A program made the translations under genes and the position numbers. Below the pieces are notes generated by a model. That model was not told where the DNA came from. It saw only the letters and a program-made list of their open reading frames with translations, and ran no database searches. From an uncultured virus (IMG/VR IMGVR_UViG_2863298641_000001) (taxonomy: Duplodnaviria; Heunggongvirae; Uroviricota; Caudoviricetes), in the IMG/VR virus record IMGVR_UViG_2863298641_000001: a stretch of 64,000 bases of DNA; one strand, written 5' to 3'. This document shows, in pieces, positions 44,258-54,038 of the stretch (within the stretch, counting starts at the first letter, position 1; each line of letters opens with the position of its first letter).

Positions 44258-44871
44258 GCCGCCCGCCTGGTGGGGGTGAGCTTGAGCATCTCGCCGTGCC
44301 CGTATTCGCTGCCGCAGTGCCGGCATTCGATGCCGTCCATGTCGAGGCTGACGCGGAGTATCTGGCCGCAGCGGCAGGCGACGGGGACGCGGACGGGGGG
44401 CTTTTCGGCGCCGGTGGCGGTGCGGCAGCGGCGGACGATCGTCCACGTCTCGTCGGCGAAGTCGGCGAAGGCGGGGTGTTGGCCGGCGGCCCAGGCCAGG
44501 TTGAACCGGAGGGTGCCGACGGCGTGGTTGAGGCGCTGCTGCAGGGTGCCGGTCTCGTCGACCGTGGCCCGGCCGTAGGCCTCCCAGTCCCGAACCCAGC
44601 CTTCGAGGGGGCCGAGGACGGGCCCCCGCTCGGTCATCGCGTTGAGTACCTCCAGCCGGACCGGCAGCGGCGCTGTGCGGCTCCCGGACACCACGGGCCC
44701 GCCGGATCCACTCCCGGGGTGCAGTGAGTCGGCGAGGCGGGCGTACAGCCCTTCCGGTCCGGCGAGCGCAGCCAAGTTGGCGGCCACGCGTTCGGCGCAG
44801 GGCCGGCAGGTCTGCGCTTCGTCGTCGTACAGGGCGGCCGAGCAGACGATGCAGATGCGGGCGGCGTCCAT
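44254..44871 (-). CDS. Zinc-finger protein at the end of the early region (candidate late-gene regulator)
   Basis: CxxC...CxxC N-terminus, SGSRTAPLP, C-terminal CRCG...CRHCG. Confidence 0.7.
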   Translation of the reverse strand: MDAARICIVCSAALYDDEAQTCRPCAERVAANLAALAGPEGLYARLADSLHPGSGSGGPVVSGSRTAPLPVRLEVLNAMTERGPVLGPLEGWVRDWEAYGRATVDETGTLQQRLNHAVGTLRFNLAWAAGQHPAFADFADETWTIVRRCRTATGAEKPPVRVPVACRCGQILRVSLDMDGIECRHCGSEYGHGEMLKLTPTRRAA

Positions 44872-45256
44872 GGCGGGCTCCTTGGTGCGGGTGTGCGGGC
44901 GGGGCTAGAGCAGGTCGCCGACGACGTGGACGTCGACGATGCGGTGGTACTGGCGGGCGGTGACCCCTTGGTGGCGGAGGTCGCGCCAGCGTGGGCCGGT
45001 GGGGTCGGCGAGTTCTTCGGCGCCGCGCTGGCAGAGTTCCTCCCAGTCGGACCAGAGCGGGTCGCAGTCGCCGAGGGTGAGCTGGACGGTCACGGCGTCT
45101 CCCGGTAGCGGTGGTCCCAGGCGAGGTGGGGGCGGAGGATGTCGAGGGCGCGCTGGATCGGGGTGGGTGCGGGCGGGGTGTCGGGGTCGATGAGCTGCCA
45201 CTCGATGGCGAGCTCCCTGGCGAGCGTGACGGGGGTGGCGATCTTCCGGGCGGCGG

Positions 45257-45664
45257 TCACTCGCCCTCCTTCTCCAGCGGCCAGCGCCGGTCGTGGGCGG
45301 CGGCTTCGGAGTCGGTCGGCCCGGCCGCGGGGTCGGGGGCGGGCGGGTAGAGGACGGCGCGCCAGCGGGCGACGGTCTTCTCGGCGATCCATCCGGTCTG
45401 CAAGCAGGGCTCTCCGGGGTGGCCCTTGTGAACGAAGTGACTGAGGACTTCGTGCAGGGTCGTGCGGGTCTCTGCGAGCCGCTGCTCGGCGTCGCGGAGT
45501 TGGTCGCCGAGGAGCTGGCCGTGCGGGAGGATCACGCCGAGGACGGCGGTGACGAGTTCGTCGATGATCCGGAGTTCCTCCGGCTTGAGCAGCATCCGAT
45601 CCATGGCGAACACCGGGATCATGGCGCTGGTGAGTTGCTCGCGGAGCGCGGACTTCTCGGTCAT
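45257..45664 (-). CDS. Hypothetical protein
   Basis: AGGAG RBS, coupled. Confidence 0.65.
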   Translation of the reverse strand: MTEKSALREQLTSAMIPVFAMDRMLLKPEELRIIDELVTAVLGVILPHGQLLGDQLRDAEQRLAETRTTLHEVLSHFVHKGHPGEPCLQTGWIAEKTVARWRAVLYPPAPDPAAGPTDSEAAAHDRRWPLEKEGE

Positions 45665-46008
45665 GCTGCTGTCTCCTGGCTGGTCTGTCGTCGGTTGCTG
45701 CGGCGTGCGGCCCGGTAGGCGATCTCGCCCTTGGCGCAGTCGTCGCAGGGGGTTTCGTGGCGGCGGAGGTGGGCGGTGTAGCCGGCGTGGTCGCCGTGCC
45801 GTTGAGGCCGTCCGTCGAGGAGGCCGGCGCGGCAGCCGAGGAAGACGGCGTGCGCTGCGGAGGTCGCGCCGAGCTTGGCGAGGATCTGCTTGTTGATCGA
45901 GCCGACGCCGTTGATGCTGATGCCGAGGTCGGATCCGATGCGTGCCCAGGGCTGGCCTTCGGCGATGCGCTTGAGCACATCCAACTGTCGGGCGGTCAGC
46001 GGGTTCAC
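45661..46008 (-). CDS. LuxR-type HTH regulator with C-terminal HG...H...CxxC motif
   Basis: LTARQLDVLKRIAEG...IGSDLGIS...ILAKLGATSAAHAV. Confidence 0.85.
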   Translation of the reverse strand: MNPLTARQLDVLKRIAEGQPWARIGSDLGISINGVGSINKQILAKLGATSAAHAVFLGCRAGLLDGRPQRHGDHAGYTAHLRRHETPCDDCAKGEIAYRAARRSNRRQTSQETAA

Positions 46009-46187
46009 GGTCGCCTCCCCTGCTGGGGTACGAGCCGGCCGCGGCTGTTGAGGATGCCGTCGGCGCGGGCGAGGAGAAGCAGGGCGCGGCGGATGACTGC
46101 TCCGGCTCGTTCGCCGCGGCGGGCGTAGGCGTTGAGGATGGCGGCGCTGCCGTCGTCGGGGATCCAGCGGATCGGGGTGCGGGTCAC
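46005..46187 (-). CDS. Small DNA-binding-like protein
   Basis: GTGA coupling. VIRRALLLLARADG. Confidence 0.6.
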   Translation of the reverse strand: MTRTPIRWIPDDGSAAILNAYARRGERAGAVIRRALLLLARADGILNSRGRLVPQQGRRP

Positions 46188-46444
46188 TGCTGCTCACCGC
46201 CTGCCGTGGTGCGCCAGTCCTCGACAAGTTCGAGTACCAGGGCCGCGCGCTCGGGGTCGTAGCCGATGACCTTGTACAGCACCTGCTCGGCGATGTTGAC
46301 GTGGTCGGCGTCCTGCATGCGGGTCCCCCACCATCCGCCGTTTGCTAGGACTGTGAGGGCCATGAGGGTGCGGGGTGGGGCGGTGTCGACGACGATGCCA
46401 CGCCCTTGGTGGCGGCTGAGTTGGATGTCGGTGGGCTCGGTCAT
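46184..46444 (-). CDS. Hypothetical protein
   Basis: AGGAG RBS. Confidence 0.7.
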   Translation of the reverse strand: MTEPTDIQLSRHQGRGIVVDTAPPRTLMALTVLANGGWWGTRMQDADHVNIAEQVLYKVIGYDPERAALVLELVEDWRTTAGGEQQ

Positions 46445-46476
46445 GGGTCTGCTCCTGGTGGTGGGCGGGGTGCGGG

Positions 46477-46863
46477 CTACGGCTGGGTGTTGAGGGCGCG
46501 GGCGATCGCGAGGGCGCGGACGGACGGCGCGCCGGGCCCGGTGGTGAGGAACGCTTCGCGGCCGGCGGGGTCGTCGCGGAACACGTCGGCGGCAGCGCGG
46601 ACCCCGGCCTCGTAGTAGCGCGCGGCTTCATCGAGCCAATCAGCCAGCAGGAGGCCGACGGTGGGGTCCATGGCGGCGATGTAGTCCGCGTCGGCGCGGC
46701 CCTGGTCACTGTCGTCGGCTTCGACTCCGGCGCCCGGACTGCTGAAGCTGACGCTCCACCCGTAGTCCCCGATGCCTGTTTGCCGCCATGGGCCGGGTGT
46801 TGCTGCGGTGGCGAGCGTCCGGAGCTTTTCGGCGGCCTGCTTGATTTCGTCGGCGGGTGTCAC
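46477..46863 (-). CDS. Ead/Ea22-like phage protein
   Basis: LATAATPGPW...ADADYIAAMDPTVGLLLADWL. Confidence 0.75.
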   Translation of the reverse strand: MTPADEIKQAAEKLRTLATAATPGPWRQTGIGDYGWSVSFSSPGAGVEADDSDQGRADADYIAAMDPTVGLLLADWLDEAARYYEAGVRAAADVFRDDPAGREAFLTTGPGAPSVRALAIARALNTQP

Positions 46864-47033
46864 GGTGTCTCCTCGATGCTGGATTGGCGTGGCGGGGGCT
46901 GTGGGGCGCTGTGAGGGGCTGGACCCTCCGGGACTGCCCGCGCGGGGAGTTCGTGGCTTAGGCGGGCACACAGGGCCGCCTGAGGCTCCGCCGTGGGGTC
47001 GTGGGCGGGCACGACCCCACGGCAGGCAGACGG

Positions 47034-47951
47034 TCAGACGGACGGCGGGGGCATGTAGCCGTCGAGCGCGGCGGCGATCCGCTTGGCCGCAGCACCCCGA
47101 GTGATCTCGTCGTCCGGGGACGTCAGCTCCGACGTCGCTTCGAGGCTGTCGTGCAGAGCACGCACCCGGTCGACCGTGGCTCGCAGTTCAGCGTTCTCCC
47201 GGCAGGCGATCTCGTAGTGGCGCTTCTCGTCCCTCAGGGCGTTCGCCACGTTGACGGCCAGCGACGCGAGCTGGGTGCGCGCCTCGCTGTTCGTGGGCTG
47301 CTCGCCAGCCAGCCGACGCAGCTCGGCCGGGCACTCGGCGGCCGTGTAGTGCATCGCGCCCTCCCCGCAGTCACACGGCCCGGACAGTCCCTCATCGTCG
47401 GTCGCAGGGGGCGGGCCGCTCATGATGCGGTCGATGAGGGTGAGGGTGTCGCGGGCTTGGTCGATGGCCTGCACGCGGACCGAGGCTTTGATGGTCAGCT
47501 CGCACAGGCGACGTACCTCGGCGAGCGCGACGGCGGCCCGATCCACCTGCTCGGGCAGCACGGCCAGTACCGCGTCGGTCAGGGCGTCCACGTCGTAGGC
47601 GCACAGCGCACACCGAGCATCGAACCGGTGGTTGCGGTGGTCCGCCTTCACGTTGAGGTCGGCGTAGTCGGTGCGCCGGGTGGTGAGCAGCGCCTCGGCG
47701 ATGCGGTCGCGCAGGGCGTCCCGGGCGGCGGGCGACTGCGCCGCGTCGGCGGGGTTCATGGCGGACTCCAGCAGGAGCCGGGCCGTGATGTGGTTGCCCG
47801 CTCGCAGCGCGACCAGCGCGCGGGCGACAGTGGTCCGATCGACCGCGGGGCCGGGCTGTCCGATCGGGCACTCAGGGTGCGGGTGGACTTCCTCGCCTTG
47901 CTCCTCGTAGCAGTGGCCACAGTCGAGCAGGCGGGCGGGCTGGGCGGTCAC
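47034..47951 (-). CDS. Mosaic phage hypothetical protein
   Basis: CGHC..HPHPEC and LRDRIAEAL modules, GGAGG RBS. Confidence 0.7.
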   Translation of the reverse strand: MTAQPARLLDCGHCYEEQGEEVHPHPECPIGQPGPAVDRTTVARALVALRAGNHITARLLLESAMNPADAAQSPAARDALRDRIAEALLTTRRTDYADLNVKADHRNHRFDARCALCAYDVDALTDAVLAVLPEQVDRAAVALAEVRRLCELTIKASVRVQAIDQARDTLTLIDRIMSGPPPATDDEGLSGPCDCGEGAMHYTAAECPAELRRLAGEQPTNSEARTQLASLAVNVANALRDEKRHYEIACRENAELRATVDRVRALHDSLEATSELTSPDDEITRGAAAKRIAAALDGYMPPPSV

Positions 47952-48136
47952 GAGTTCCTCCGGGCGCGGCGGGCGGTCATGCGATCGCGGATCTGATCGG
48001 TCGTGGGCTTGGTCCACTGGTGAAGCCCTGCGGTGGGGTGCCACTGCTCTCCGTGGTGGTGTTGTTCGTCGCCGCACCAGCGGCAGCCGTAGGGCGTGGC
48101 GGCCGGGTCGTCGGCGGTGGGGTCGGGCTGGTTCAT
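47948..48136 (-). CDS. Small zinc-binding phage protein
   Basis: PYGCRWCG...H...W...GLHQWTKPT...RMTARR. Confidence 0.7.
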   Translation of the reverse strand: MNQPDPTADDPAATPYGCRWCGDEQHHHGEQWHPTAGLHQWTKPTTDQIRDRMTARRARRNS

Positions 48137-48215
48137 CGGGGCTCCAGGTGCTGGGTAGGGTTCGGGGTGCACGGCCGGCCGCATAGCCCGCGGCCGGCCG
48201 TCGTCGCGCGGGAGG

Positions 48216-48461
48216 TCACTCGTAGATCCGTGCCGTGGCTTCGCGGTGCCGAGCCGCCCGGATCTCGTCGACGGTCATGCGGCGAACTCGCGCGCGGCTG
48301 CGGTCGTCAGCCTCGAACGCGGTGATCACCCAGATGCCGGGGCTCAGTGGCCCGGTCTGCTTCTCGATCTCGATGGGGTCGCCGACGCTCAGCTCCTGCA
48401 GCATCACGTCGCCGCCGTCGAGTTCGATCTGGTCGGCGTTGATGATGGCGGTGTCGTTCAT
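48216..48461 (-). CDS. Hypothetical protein
   Basis: AAGGA RBS. Confidence 0.65.
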   Translation of the reverse strand: MNDTAIINADQIELDGGDVMLQELSVGDPIEIEKQTGPLSPGIWVITAFEADDRSRARVRRMTVDEIRAARHREATARIYE

Positions 48462-48517
48462 GGGGTTCCTTCCGGTGGTAGGCGGGTGGTGGGCGGCCGT
48501 CGTCGTGCGGGGCCGGC

Positions 48518-48790
48518 TCACGCGGAGGCGGGGTGTGCGGTCCGCGGCTGGCGGCAGTGCTTGCAGTTGGCGAGCCGGCGCTTGGCGTCGCTGACGCCCT
48601 GGTACTCCTTCTCGAAGCCGGGGCAGGCGGGCTCGTCCTCGGTGACGGACTCCAGCAGGCTGTGCAGCTGGTCCCCGGCGGTGCTGACCTGGCTGGCCCA
48701 GATCTGGCCGAGGTCGTCACGGACCGCGGCGGCTTCCTCGACGGTCAGGGCGACGTGGACGGTGCCGTTGCTGGTGCGGTTGATCTGCAT
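48518..48790 (-). CDS. Hypothetical protein
   Basis: AAGGAG RBS. Confidence 0.7.
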   Translation of the reverse strand: MQINRTSNGTVHVALTVEEAAAVRDDLGQIWASQVSTAGDQLHSLLESVTEDEPACPGFEKEYQGVSDAKRRLANCKHCRQPRTAHPASA

Positions 48791-48857
48791 GGTGCAGGTC
48801 TCCTTGGGTGCGATGGTGTGTGGTGATCAGGCGCCGGGCCGCGACTGGGCGGCGGGG

Positions 48858-49220
48858 TCACTCGCTCCAGCCGATGAGGCGGAACTCGGCGCCGTAGCGG
48901 TCTTTCAGCTCCTGCATCGACACGGCCTGCTCGCTGGCCCACACGAGGCGAACAACGCAGTCAGAGGCCGGGACCGTGCGGTACTCGCCGTAGAGAAGCC
49001 CTTCCTCGTCGACGTACACGGCGTCGTGGTCGTCGGTGGGGCGCTCGGTGGAGGGGGCGATCCCGGCTTCGACGGCGGCGCGGAGCCAGGCGGCGGCCTC
49101 GTTGGTCAGGTACTCGCGGAGGCTCGGGTCGAGGTTGTCCCAGGCGTCGGCGGCGGTGGCACCGTAGCCGTTGCGGTAGCGGGCTTCGGCGAGCTGTCGG
49201 ATGCGGGGGTCGGTGGTCAT
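48858..49220 (-). CDS. Hypothetical protein
   Basis: AAGGA RBS. Confidence 0.7.
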   Translation of the reverse strand: MTTDPRIRQLAEARYRNGYGATAADAWDNLDPSLREYLTNEAAAWLRAAVEAGIAPSTERPTDDHDAVYVDEEGLLYGEYRTVPASDCVVRLVWASEQAVSMQELKDRYGAEFRLIGWSE

Positions 49221-49244
49221 GTCTGGTCCTTGTCGGCTGGCGGG

Positions 49245-49433
49245 TCAGGCGGCGGGGTGGCGGGCTTCGTCTGCGTCTTCCTCGGCGCTCCATCCGCAGG
49301 TCCAGATGAAGCCGCAGGTGGGGCAGCGGTAAGTGGCGAGGATGGAGCCGGGTCCGTTCGGTGTGACCTTGACGGGCGCTATGGCGGGACTGTCGTCGGT
49401 GAGGCAGCGGTCGCAGGTGTCGCGGTAGTGCAC
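49245..49433 (-). CDS. Small zinc-ribbon protein
   Basis: CDRC...YRCPTCG..W. Confidence 0.7.
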   Translation of the reverse strand: MHYRDTCDRCLTDDSPAIAPVKVTPNGPGSILATYRCPTCGFIWTCGWSAEEDADEARHPAA

Positions 49434-49449
49434 GGCGGTTCCCTCTCGG

Positions 49450-50802
49450 CTAGGTGTGGGCCATGTCGACGAAGCGGGAGTAGTGGCCCTGGAAGGCGAC
49501 CGTGATGGTGGCGGTGGGACCGTTGCGGTGCTTGGCGACGATCAGGTCTGCCTCGCCGGCCCGCGGGGTTTCCTTGTCGTAGGCGTCCTCGCGGTGCAGG
49601 AGGATGACGATGTCGGCGTCCTGCTCAAGAGACCCCGACTCGCGCAGGTCCGAGACCATCGGTTTCTTGTCCTGCCGCTGCTCGGGCCCGCGGTTCAGTT
49701 GCGACAGGGCAACGACGGGGACCTGGAGGTCCATGGCGAGCGTCTTGAGGCCGCGGCTGATCCGGGAAACTTCCTGCTGCCGGTTGTCGTTGCGGCCGAG
49801 GCTCTCGCCGCCCATCAGCTGCAGATAGTCGATGACCACAAGGCCAAGTCCGTGCTGCCGCTGGACGCGTCGACAGTGGGAGCGGATCTTGGCGAGGGTG
49901 ACGCCGGTGTCGGGGACGATGAACAGCGGCGACGACTGCATGTCCTTGCCCGCCTCGACAAGCTTGTCGATCTTGGCGTTGTCGAGTGGGCCCTTGGTCT
50001 TCATCCAGTGCAGCGGATAGCGGGCCTGCGCGGACAGGAACCGCTTCTCCAGCTCCTTGCGGCCCATCTCCAGGGAGAAGAACAGGGTCGGAACGTCGTT
50101 GCGGATGGCGGCGTAGCGGGCGAAGTCGCCGGCAAGCACGGACTTGCCCATGGCGGGGCGGGCTGCGATGAGGACGAACTGGCCGGGCAGCAGGCCGCCG
50201 GTGAGGGAGTCGAAGTCGGTGAAGCCGGTCTTCAGCCCTTCCTTGGGGCCGTTCTCCCGGATGTCGACGACCTCGGCGACGGTGTCCATGATGTCGACGC
50301 CGACGGCCAGGTCGTCGTCGGCCGCGTCGGTGAGGCCGGCGAGTCCTTCGAGGGTGTCGTAGGCGTCCTGGATCAGCTCGTCCGGGGAGTGCTGGCGGCT
50401 GTGAACGCCGCGGGCCATGCCGGTGGACGCTTCGAGGATCTTCCGGAGGATGGCCTTCTCGTGGACGATCGCGGCGTGCGTGCGGGCCTCGCCGGAGATG
50501 ACGACCGAGTTGACGAGCTCGAAGAGGTAGGCGCGTCCGCCGCAGCGGGTGAGGTCGCCGTTCTTCTCCAGGCGGTCGCCGAGGGCGATCGGGTCGTGGG
50601 CTTCGCCGTGGCTGTGGAGTTCGACGATCGTGCGGAAGATCGTCTCGTGGGCGGGCCGGTAGAACTCGTGCGGCTGGAGGAGTTCGGCGACGTCCTCGGT
50701 GGAGCGGCGGGAGGAGATCATGTCGCCGAGGAGTGCCTTCTCGGCGTCGAGGTCGAACGGCGGCTGCTGGCCGTCGGGCTGCTCGTCGAAGTCGTAGGTC
50801 AC
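49450..50802 (-). CDS. dnaB: Replicative DNA helicase
   Basis: FYRPAHETIF, IAARPAMGKS, FSLEM, VIDYLQLM, LSQLNR, DLRESGSLEQDAD, AKHRNGPT. Confidence 0.97.
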   Translation of the reverse strand: MTYDFDEQPDGQQPPFDLDAEKALLGDMISSRRSTEDVAELLQPHEFYRPAHETIFRTIVELHSHGEAHDPIALGDRLEKNGDLTRCGGRAYLFELVNSVVISGEARTHAAIVHEKAILRKILEASTGMARGVHSRQHSPDELIQDAYDTLEGLAGLTDAADDDLAVGVDIMDTVAEVVDIRENGPKEGLKTGFTDFDSLTGGLLPGQFVLIAARPAMGKSVLAGDFARYAAIRNDVPTLFFSLEMGRKELEKRFLSAQARYPLHWMKTKGPLDNAKIDKLVEAGKDMQSSPLFIVPDTGVTLAKIRSHCRRVQRQHGLGLVVIDYLQLMGGESLGRNDNRQQEVSRISRGLKTLAMDLQVPVVALSQLNRGPEQRQDKKPMVSDLRESGSLEQDADIVILLHREDAYDKETPRAGEADLIVAKHRNGPTATITVAFQGHYSRFVDMAHT

Positions 50803-51383
50803 GATGCCTTCCTGAAGTCGGTGCCGGTGAACTTGATGAAGGTGGAGCCGCCGTCGGCGAAGCGGGATGTGGTGCGGGGGCCGAGGGGCTCGAGCGTCGG
50901 CAGGTTGGTGGAGATCAGCGTGGGCAGCTGGTTCTGCCAGCGGACGTCGATCAACTGGGCCATGGCGTCGACGGTCCACGGGTACAGCTGGGTGGCGCCG
51001 AGATCGTCGAGGGCGACCAGCGGGGCCTCACGCCAGGCCTGCAGCTTGTCGAGGTTGGCCGGCCGGTCGGCGGCGGCTTTGAACTCGAAGTCGCTGACGA
51101 GGTAGTAGCGGCCGTACCAGCCGCGGCGGATCAGGGTCTCGCCGATCTTCCACAGGTGCCAGGTCTTGCCGGTGCCGGGGGTTCCGAGCAGCAGCAGCGA
51201 GGCGCGGGAGCCGTCGAGGTAGTCGCTGATCCACTTGTTGACGTCGGGGTGGACGGGTCCGTCGGCTGCGAAGGCGGCGGGCCGGCGGCCGAGGTAGCGG
51301 TCGAGGGTCTGGTTGCGGATCTCGTCGCGGGCGGCGACTCGTTCGGCGTCGTAGCGGGCTCGCCGTTCGTCGGCGGTCGTCAT
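50799..51383 (-). CDS. DnaC/IstB-like AAA+ helicase loader
   Basis: GTPGTGKT, LVALDDLG, LIDVRW...PTLISTN, R..SR. Confidence 0.9.
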   Translation of the reverse strand: MTTADERRARYDAERVAARDEIRNQTLDRYLGRRPAAFAADGPVHPDVNKWISDYLDGSRASLLLLGTPGTGKTWHLWKIGETLIRRGWYGRYYLVSDFEFKAAADRPANLDKLQAWREAPLVALDDLGATQLYPWTVDAMAQLIDVRWQNQLPTLISTNLPTLEPLGPRTTSRFADGGSTFIKFTGTDFRKAS

Positions 51384-52385
51384 TAGAAGGGCTTCGCTTT
51401 CTCGTAGTCCTCTGCGGTGGGCGCGGGGGCGGAGGCGCCGGTGGCGGGGTGCGGCCGGTTGGGTGCGGTCCAACCGCCGGAGACGGCACGGAGCGGCGGC
51501 AGGTCGGGCTCGTCGTCGTAGCAGCCCTTGTTCAGCCAGTTGGCCGGGAACTTCGTGTACTGGGGGTCCTTGCCGGCGCGCTCGCGGGCGTAGGCCTGGG
51601 CGGCGTCGACGATGCGCTTCGGCTCTACGCCGCGCTCGATGGCTGCGATCCACGCCTTCTTGGCTTCCTCGCGGTCCTTCTTCTTCGGGTAGTTGCTCCA
51701 GAAGGCACCGAAGGCGGCGAGGTGATGGTCCGTCTTCTTGCTGCTGATCTCGCGGATGGAGGCGTCACCTGTAGAAGAAGTGTTCTTCCTAGTGTTCTCA
51801 CCGTGTTCTTTAAGAGACGTACCAGCGTGTGGTACGTCGGTGCGNNNNNNNNNNNNNNNNNNNNNNNNNNNNNNNNNNNNNNNNNNNNNNNNNNNNNNNN
51901 NNNNNNNNNNNNNNNNNNNNNNNNNNNNNNNNNNNNNNNNNCGACGTACCAGCGTGTGGTACGTCGGTGGAGCCGTCCGACGTACCAGCGTGTGGTACGT
52001 CGGTCCCACCTGCGGAAACGCCCGTTGTTCCAGGTCGCTCCGACGTACCACCGTGTGGTACGTCGGGCTGAACTGCGGAAACGTTGGTGATGGTCAGGAC
52101 GGTGCCGTACTTGCCGCCCTCCAGGAGCTCCCGGTTCGCCGTCAGGTAACCGTGCTCCTTGAGCTCTGCGAAGGCAGCGCGGAACGCCCGCCGGCCGGGG
52201 CTCGCCTTGCCATGCTTGGCGACCGAGGCCCGCCACATGTCGTCGGCGGTGGCCTCCCATCCGTCGGGCCGGCTGAGCAGCTCGACGAGGATGCCGCGCG
52301 CCATGTGGCTCAGGCGGTCGTCGCGCACTGTGGCGTTGGGGACTTGCAGGAAGTCCCTCGTCAGCCTCTGGTGCCGGATCCTCAC
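51383..52385 (-). CDS. Replication initiator (lambda O-like), interrupted by an assembly gap
   Basis: N-terminal FLQVPNATVRDDRLSHMARGILVELLSRPDGW and C-terminal FGAFWSNYPKK...A.KAW...FPANWLN. DVPHAGTS repeats lie on both sides of the N gap. Confidence 0.85.
51781..52083. repeat. Putative replication origin: palindromic iterons plus AT-rich flank
   Basis: GACGTACCA-GCGTG-TGGTACGTC at 51816, 51943, 51979 and 52042 (one mismatch). GTGTTCT x3 at about 51780-51809. Confidence 0.8.
51845..51941. other. Assembly gap (97 N)
   Basis: Run of N within the iteron array. Confidence 1.
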
Positions 52386-52470
52386 GTCTGCCTCTTCTCG
52401 GTGGTGCGGCTACAGCGATGGGGTCGGTGTGCTGCTGGCTAGGGCCGGTCGCGCGGCCGGCGGCCCGCGG

Positions 52471-53211
52471 TCATGCGGCGAGGGCCGTCTCGGGCTTGGC
52501 GCGGGCGAGCAGGGCCGCGCGTTCATCGGGGTCCGGGACGGCTCCCGCTCCCCATTCGCCGGTGGTGACGAACTGCTGGCCGATGTAGGCGGTGTAGGCG
52601 GGCGGGATGGCCTCGGTGAGCTCCTCGTGGACGTCGGTCCACGTGATGCCCATGGCCTGCTGCATCTCGGCGACGGTGCCCTTGCCCCCGCCTTTGCCGT
52701 AGGCGGCGATGTATGGGCCGTCGCGGTAGACGCCGTGCCGCCAGCCACGGACGGGCCCCCGGTGCTTCTTGTGCTCGGGCTGCCGCGCGGACGGTGAGCC
52801 GATCCAGCCGATCTCGAACTTGCGGTGCCGGATGACGCCGAGCCCGAACATCTCGCCGCACAGGTTGAGGTCGACCCGCATGGGAGCGCCGGCCACGTTC
52901 TCGATGACCCAGTCGACGCCGTACCAGAGGCAGAGCTCGCGCATCTCGGTGAGGAAGTCGGCGTACTCGCGCCCCTTGTTGGTGCCCTTGGTGAGTGCGG
53001 TGTGCGGTTGGCAGGGCGGGGAGGCGTGGACGAGGTGGAACTCTTGGCACGTCTCCTGCATGACGTCGAGGGCGTCGCCTTGGATGAAGGTGAACGGGTA
53101 TCGGGGCCGGGGCTGGATGTCGACGCCGACGACGTCGAAGCCGGCCTGCCAGTAGCCCATTCCTGCGCCGCCGGAGCAGCAGAACAGGTCGAGGACGCGA
53201 GGGCGGATCAT
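52471..53211 (-). CDS. DNA cytosine-5 methyltransferase-like protein
   Basis: VLDLFCCSGG (motif I), HASPPCQ (IV), VIENV (VI), RHRKFE (VIII), EAIPP (X). Confidence 0.88.
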   Translation of the reverse strand: MIRPRVLDLFCCSGGAGMGYWQAGFDVVGVDIQPRPRYPFTFIQGDALDVMQETCQEFHLVHASPPCQPHTALTKGTNKGREYADFLTEMRELCLWYGVDWVIENVAGAPMRVDLNLCGEMFGLGVIRHRKFEIGWIGSPSARQPEHKKHRGPVRGWRHGVYRDGPYIAAYGKGGGKGTVAEMQQAMGITWTDVHEELTEAIPPAYTAYIGQQFVTTGEWGAGAVPDPDERAALLARAKPETALAA

Positions 53212-54038
53212 GCCGCCACTCCCATCTCGGCCCGGCGGCGGGCGCGGGTAACGGTGCGCTTGTGGCAGCCGAGTTCGTCAGCGATCTGCTGCGCGGTCCG
53301 GCCTGCCGCGGTGAGTTCGGCGACACGCGAGACGTCGGCGATGACCCGATTGCTGCCCTCCTTGGCGGTGGACCTGCGGGCGGCTTCCGGCTTGCACTTG
53401 GGGTCGTCGATGTCGTCCCAGGCGAGCGGGCCGTGCCAGCCCAGCGCCAACGCGCGCTTCCTGGCCTTGGCGCTGGCGCCAATGCGGGTGGACAGCGTCG
53501 CGTAGGCGCGGCGGATGCCGCGGTCGGTGGCGGCCTCGACGGTTTCGTACCGGCCGTTGGCGACGTGGCTGATGGTGGAGGGGTCGAGGCTGGCGGCGGC
53601 GCCGATGACGGTGGGGTTGTGCCCCAGGACGTAGAGGGCACGGAGTCGGCGGATCGCCATGAAGGACGGCCGGTAGGCGGAGGCGTCGAAATCGGCCGGC
53701 TTGACGGCGAGGATGCGCAGTGCCTTGTCTCGCTTCGGGTTCTTGGTGATGCCGCGCACCAGGTAGGTGATGGTGGCGTCGGAGACGCCGGCGCGGCGGG
53801 CAATGAGCGCGTAGCTCATGCCGTACTCGTTGTGCAGTGTGTTGATGTGCGCGACGACGGGGGCGCCAGGATGGAGGGGGCCTTCGCCTCGGAGGCGGGC
53901 TAGTGCGCGGGCTTTCCCGCCGCGCGCCTGGGCCTGTGTGCACCTGGGGCAGCGGCAGCCGGGCCAGGAGCCGTCAGTCGGTCCGCGGTAGCGATACTCG
54001 GTTCCGTGGGGTGGGAGGTTGCGGGGCGTGGTGGTCAC
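53208..54038 (-). CDS. Multi-HTH DNA-binding protein
   Basis: HGT..Y...GCRCPRC, GMSYALIARRAGVS, RRLRAL...G, AWDDIDDP, TAQQIADELGCHKRTV. Confidence 0.8.
   Translation of the reverse strand: MTTTPRNLPPHGTEYRYRGPTDGSWPGCRCPRCTQAQARGGKARALARLRGEGPLHPGAPVVAHINTLHNEYGMSYALIARRAGVSDATITYLVRGITKNPKRDKALRILAVKPADFDASAYRPSFMAIRRLRALYVLGHNPTVIGAAASLDPSTISHVANGRYETVEAATDRGIRRAYATLSTRIGASAKARKRALALGWHGPLAWDDIDDPKCKPEAARRSTAKEGSNRVIADVSRVAELTAAGRTAQQIADELGCHKRTVTRARRRAEMGVAA

Noticed and set aside
51816..52064. Palindromic 23-bp repeats as a CRISPR array
   Set aside because: Spacers are irregular (13 and 40 bp), the repeats are in frame within the initiator gene, and there are no cas genes. Iterons explain them better.
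51383..52385. Frameshifted or pseudogene initiator
   Set aside because: The frame change coincides with the 97-N gap of estimated length.
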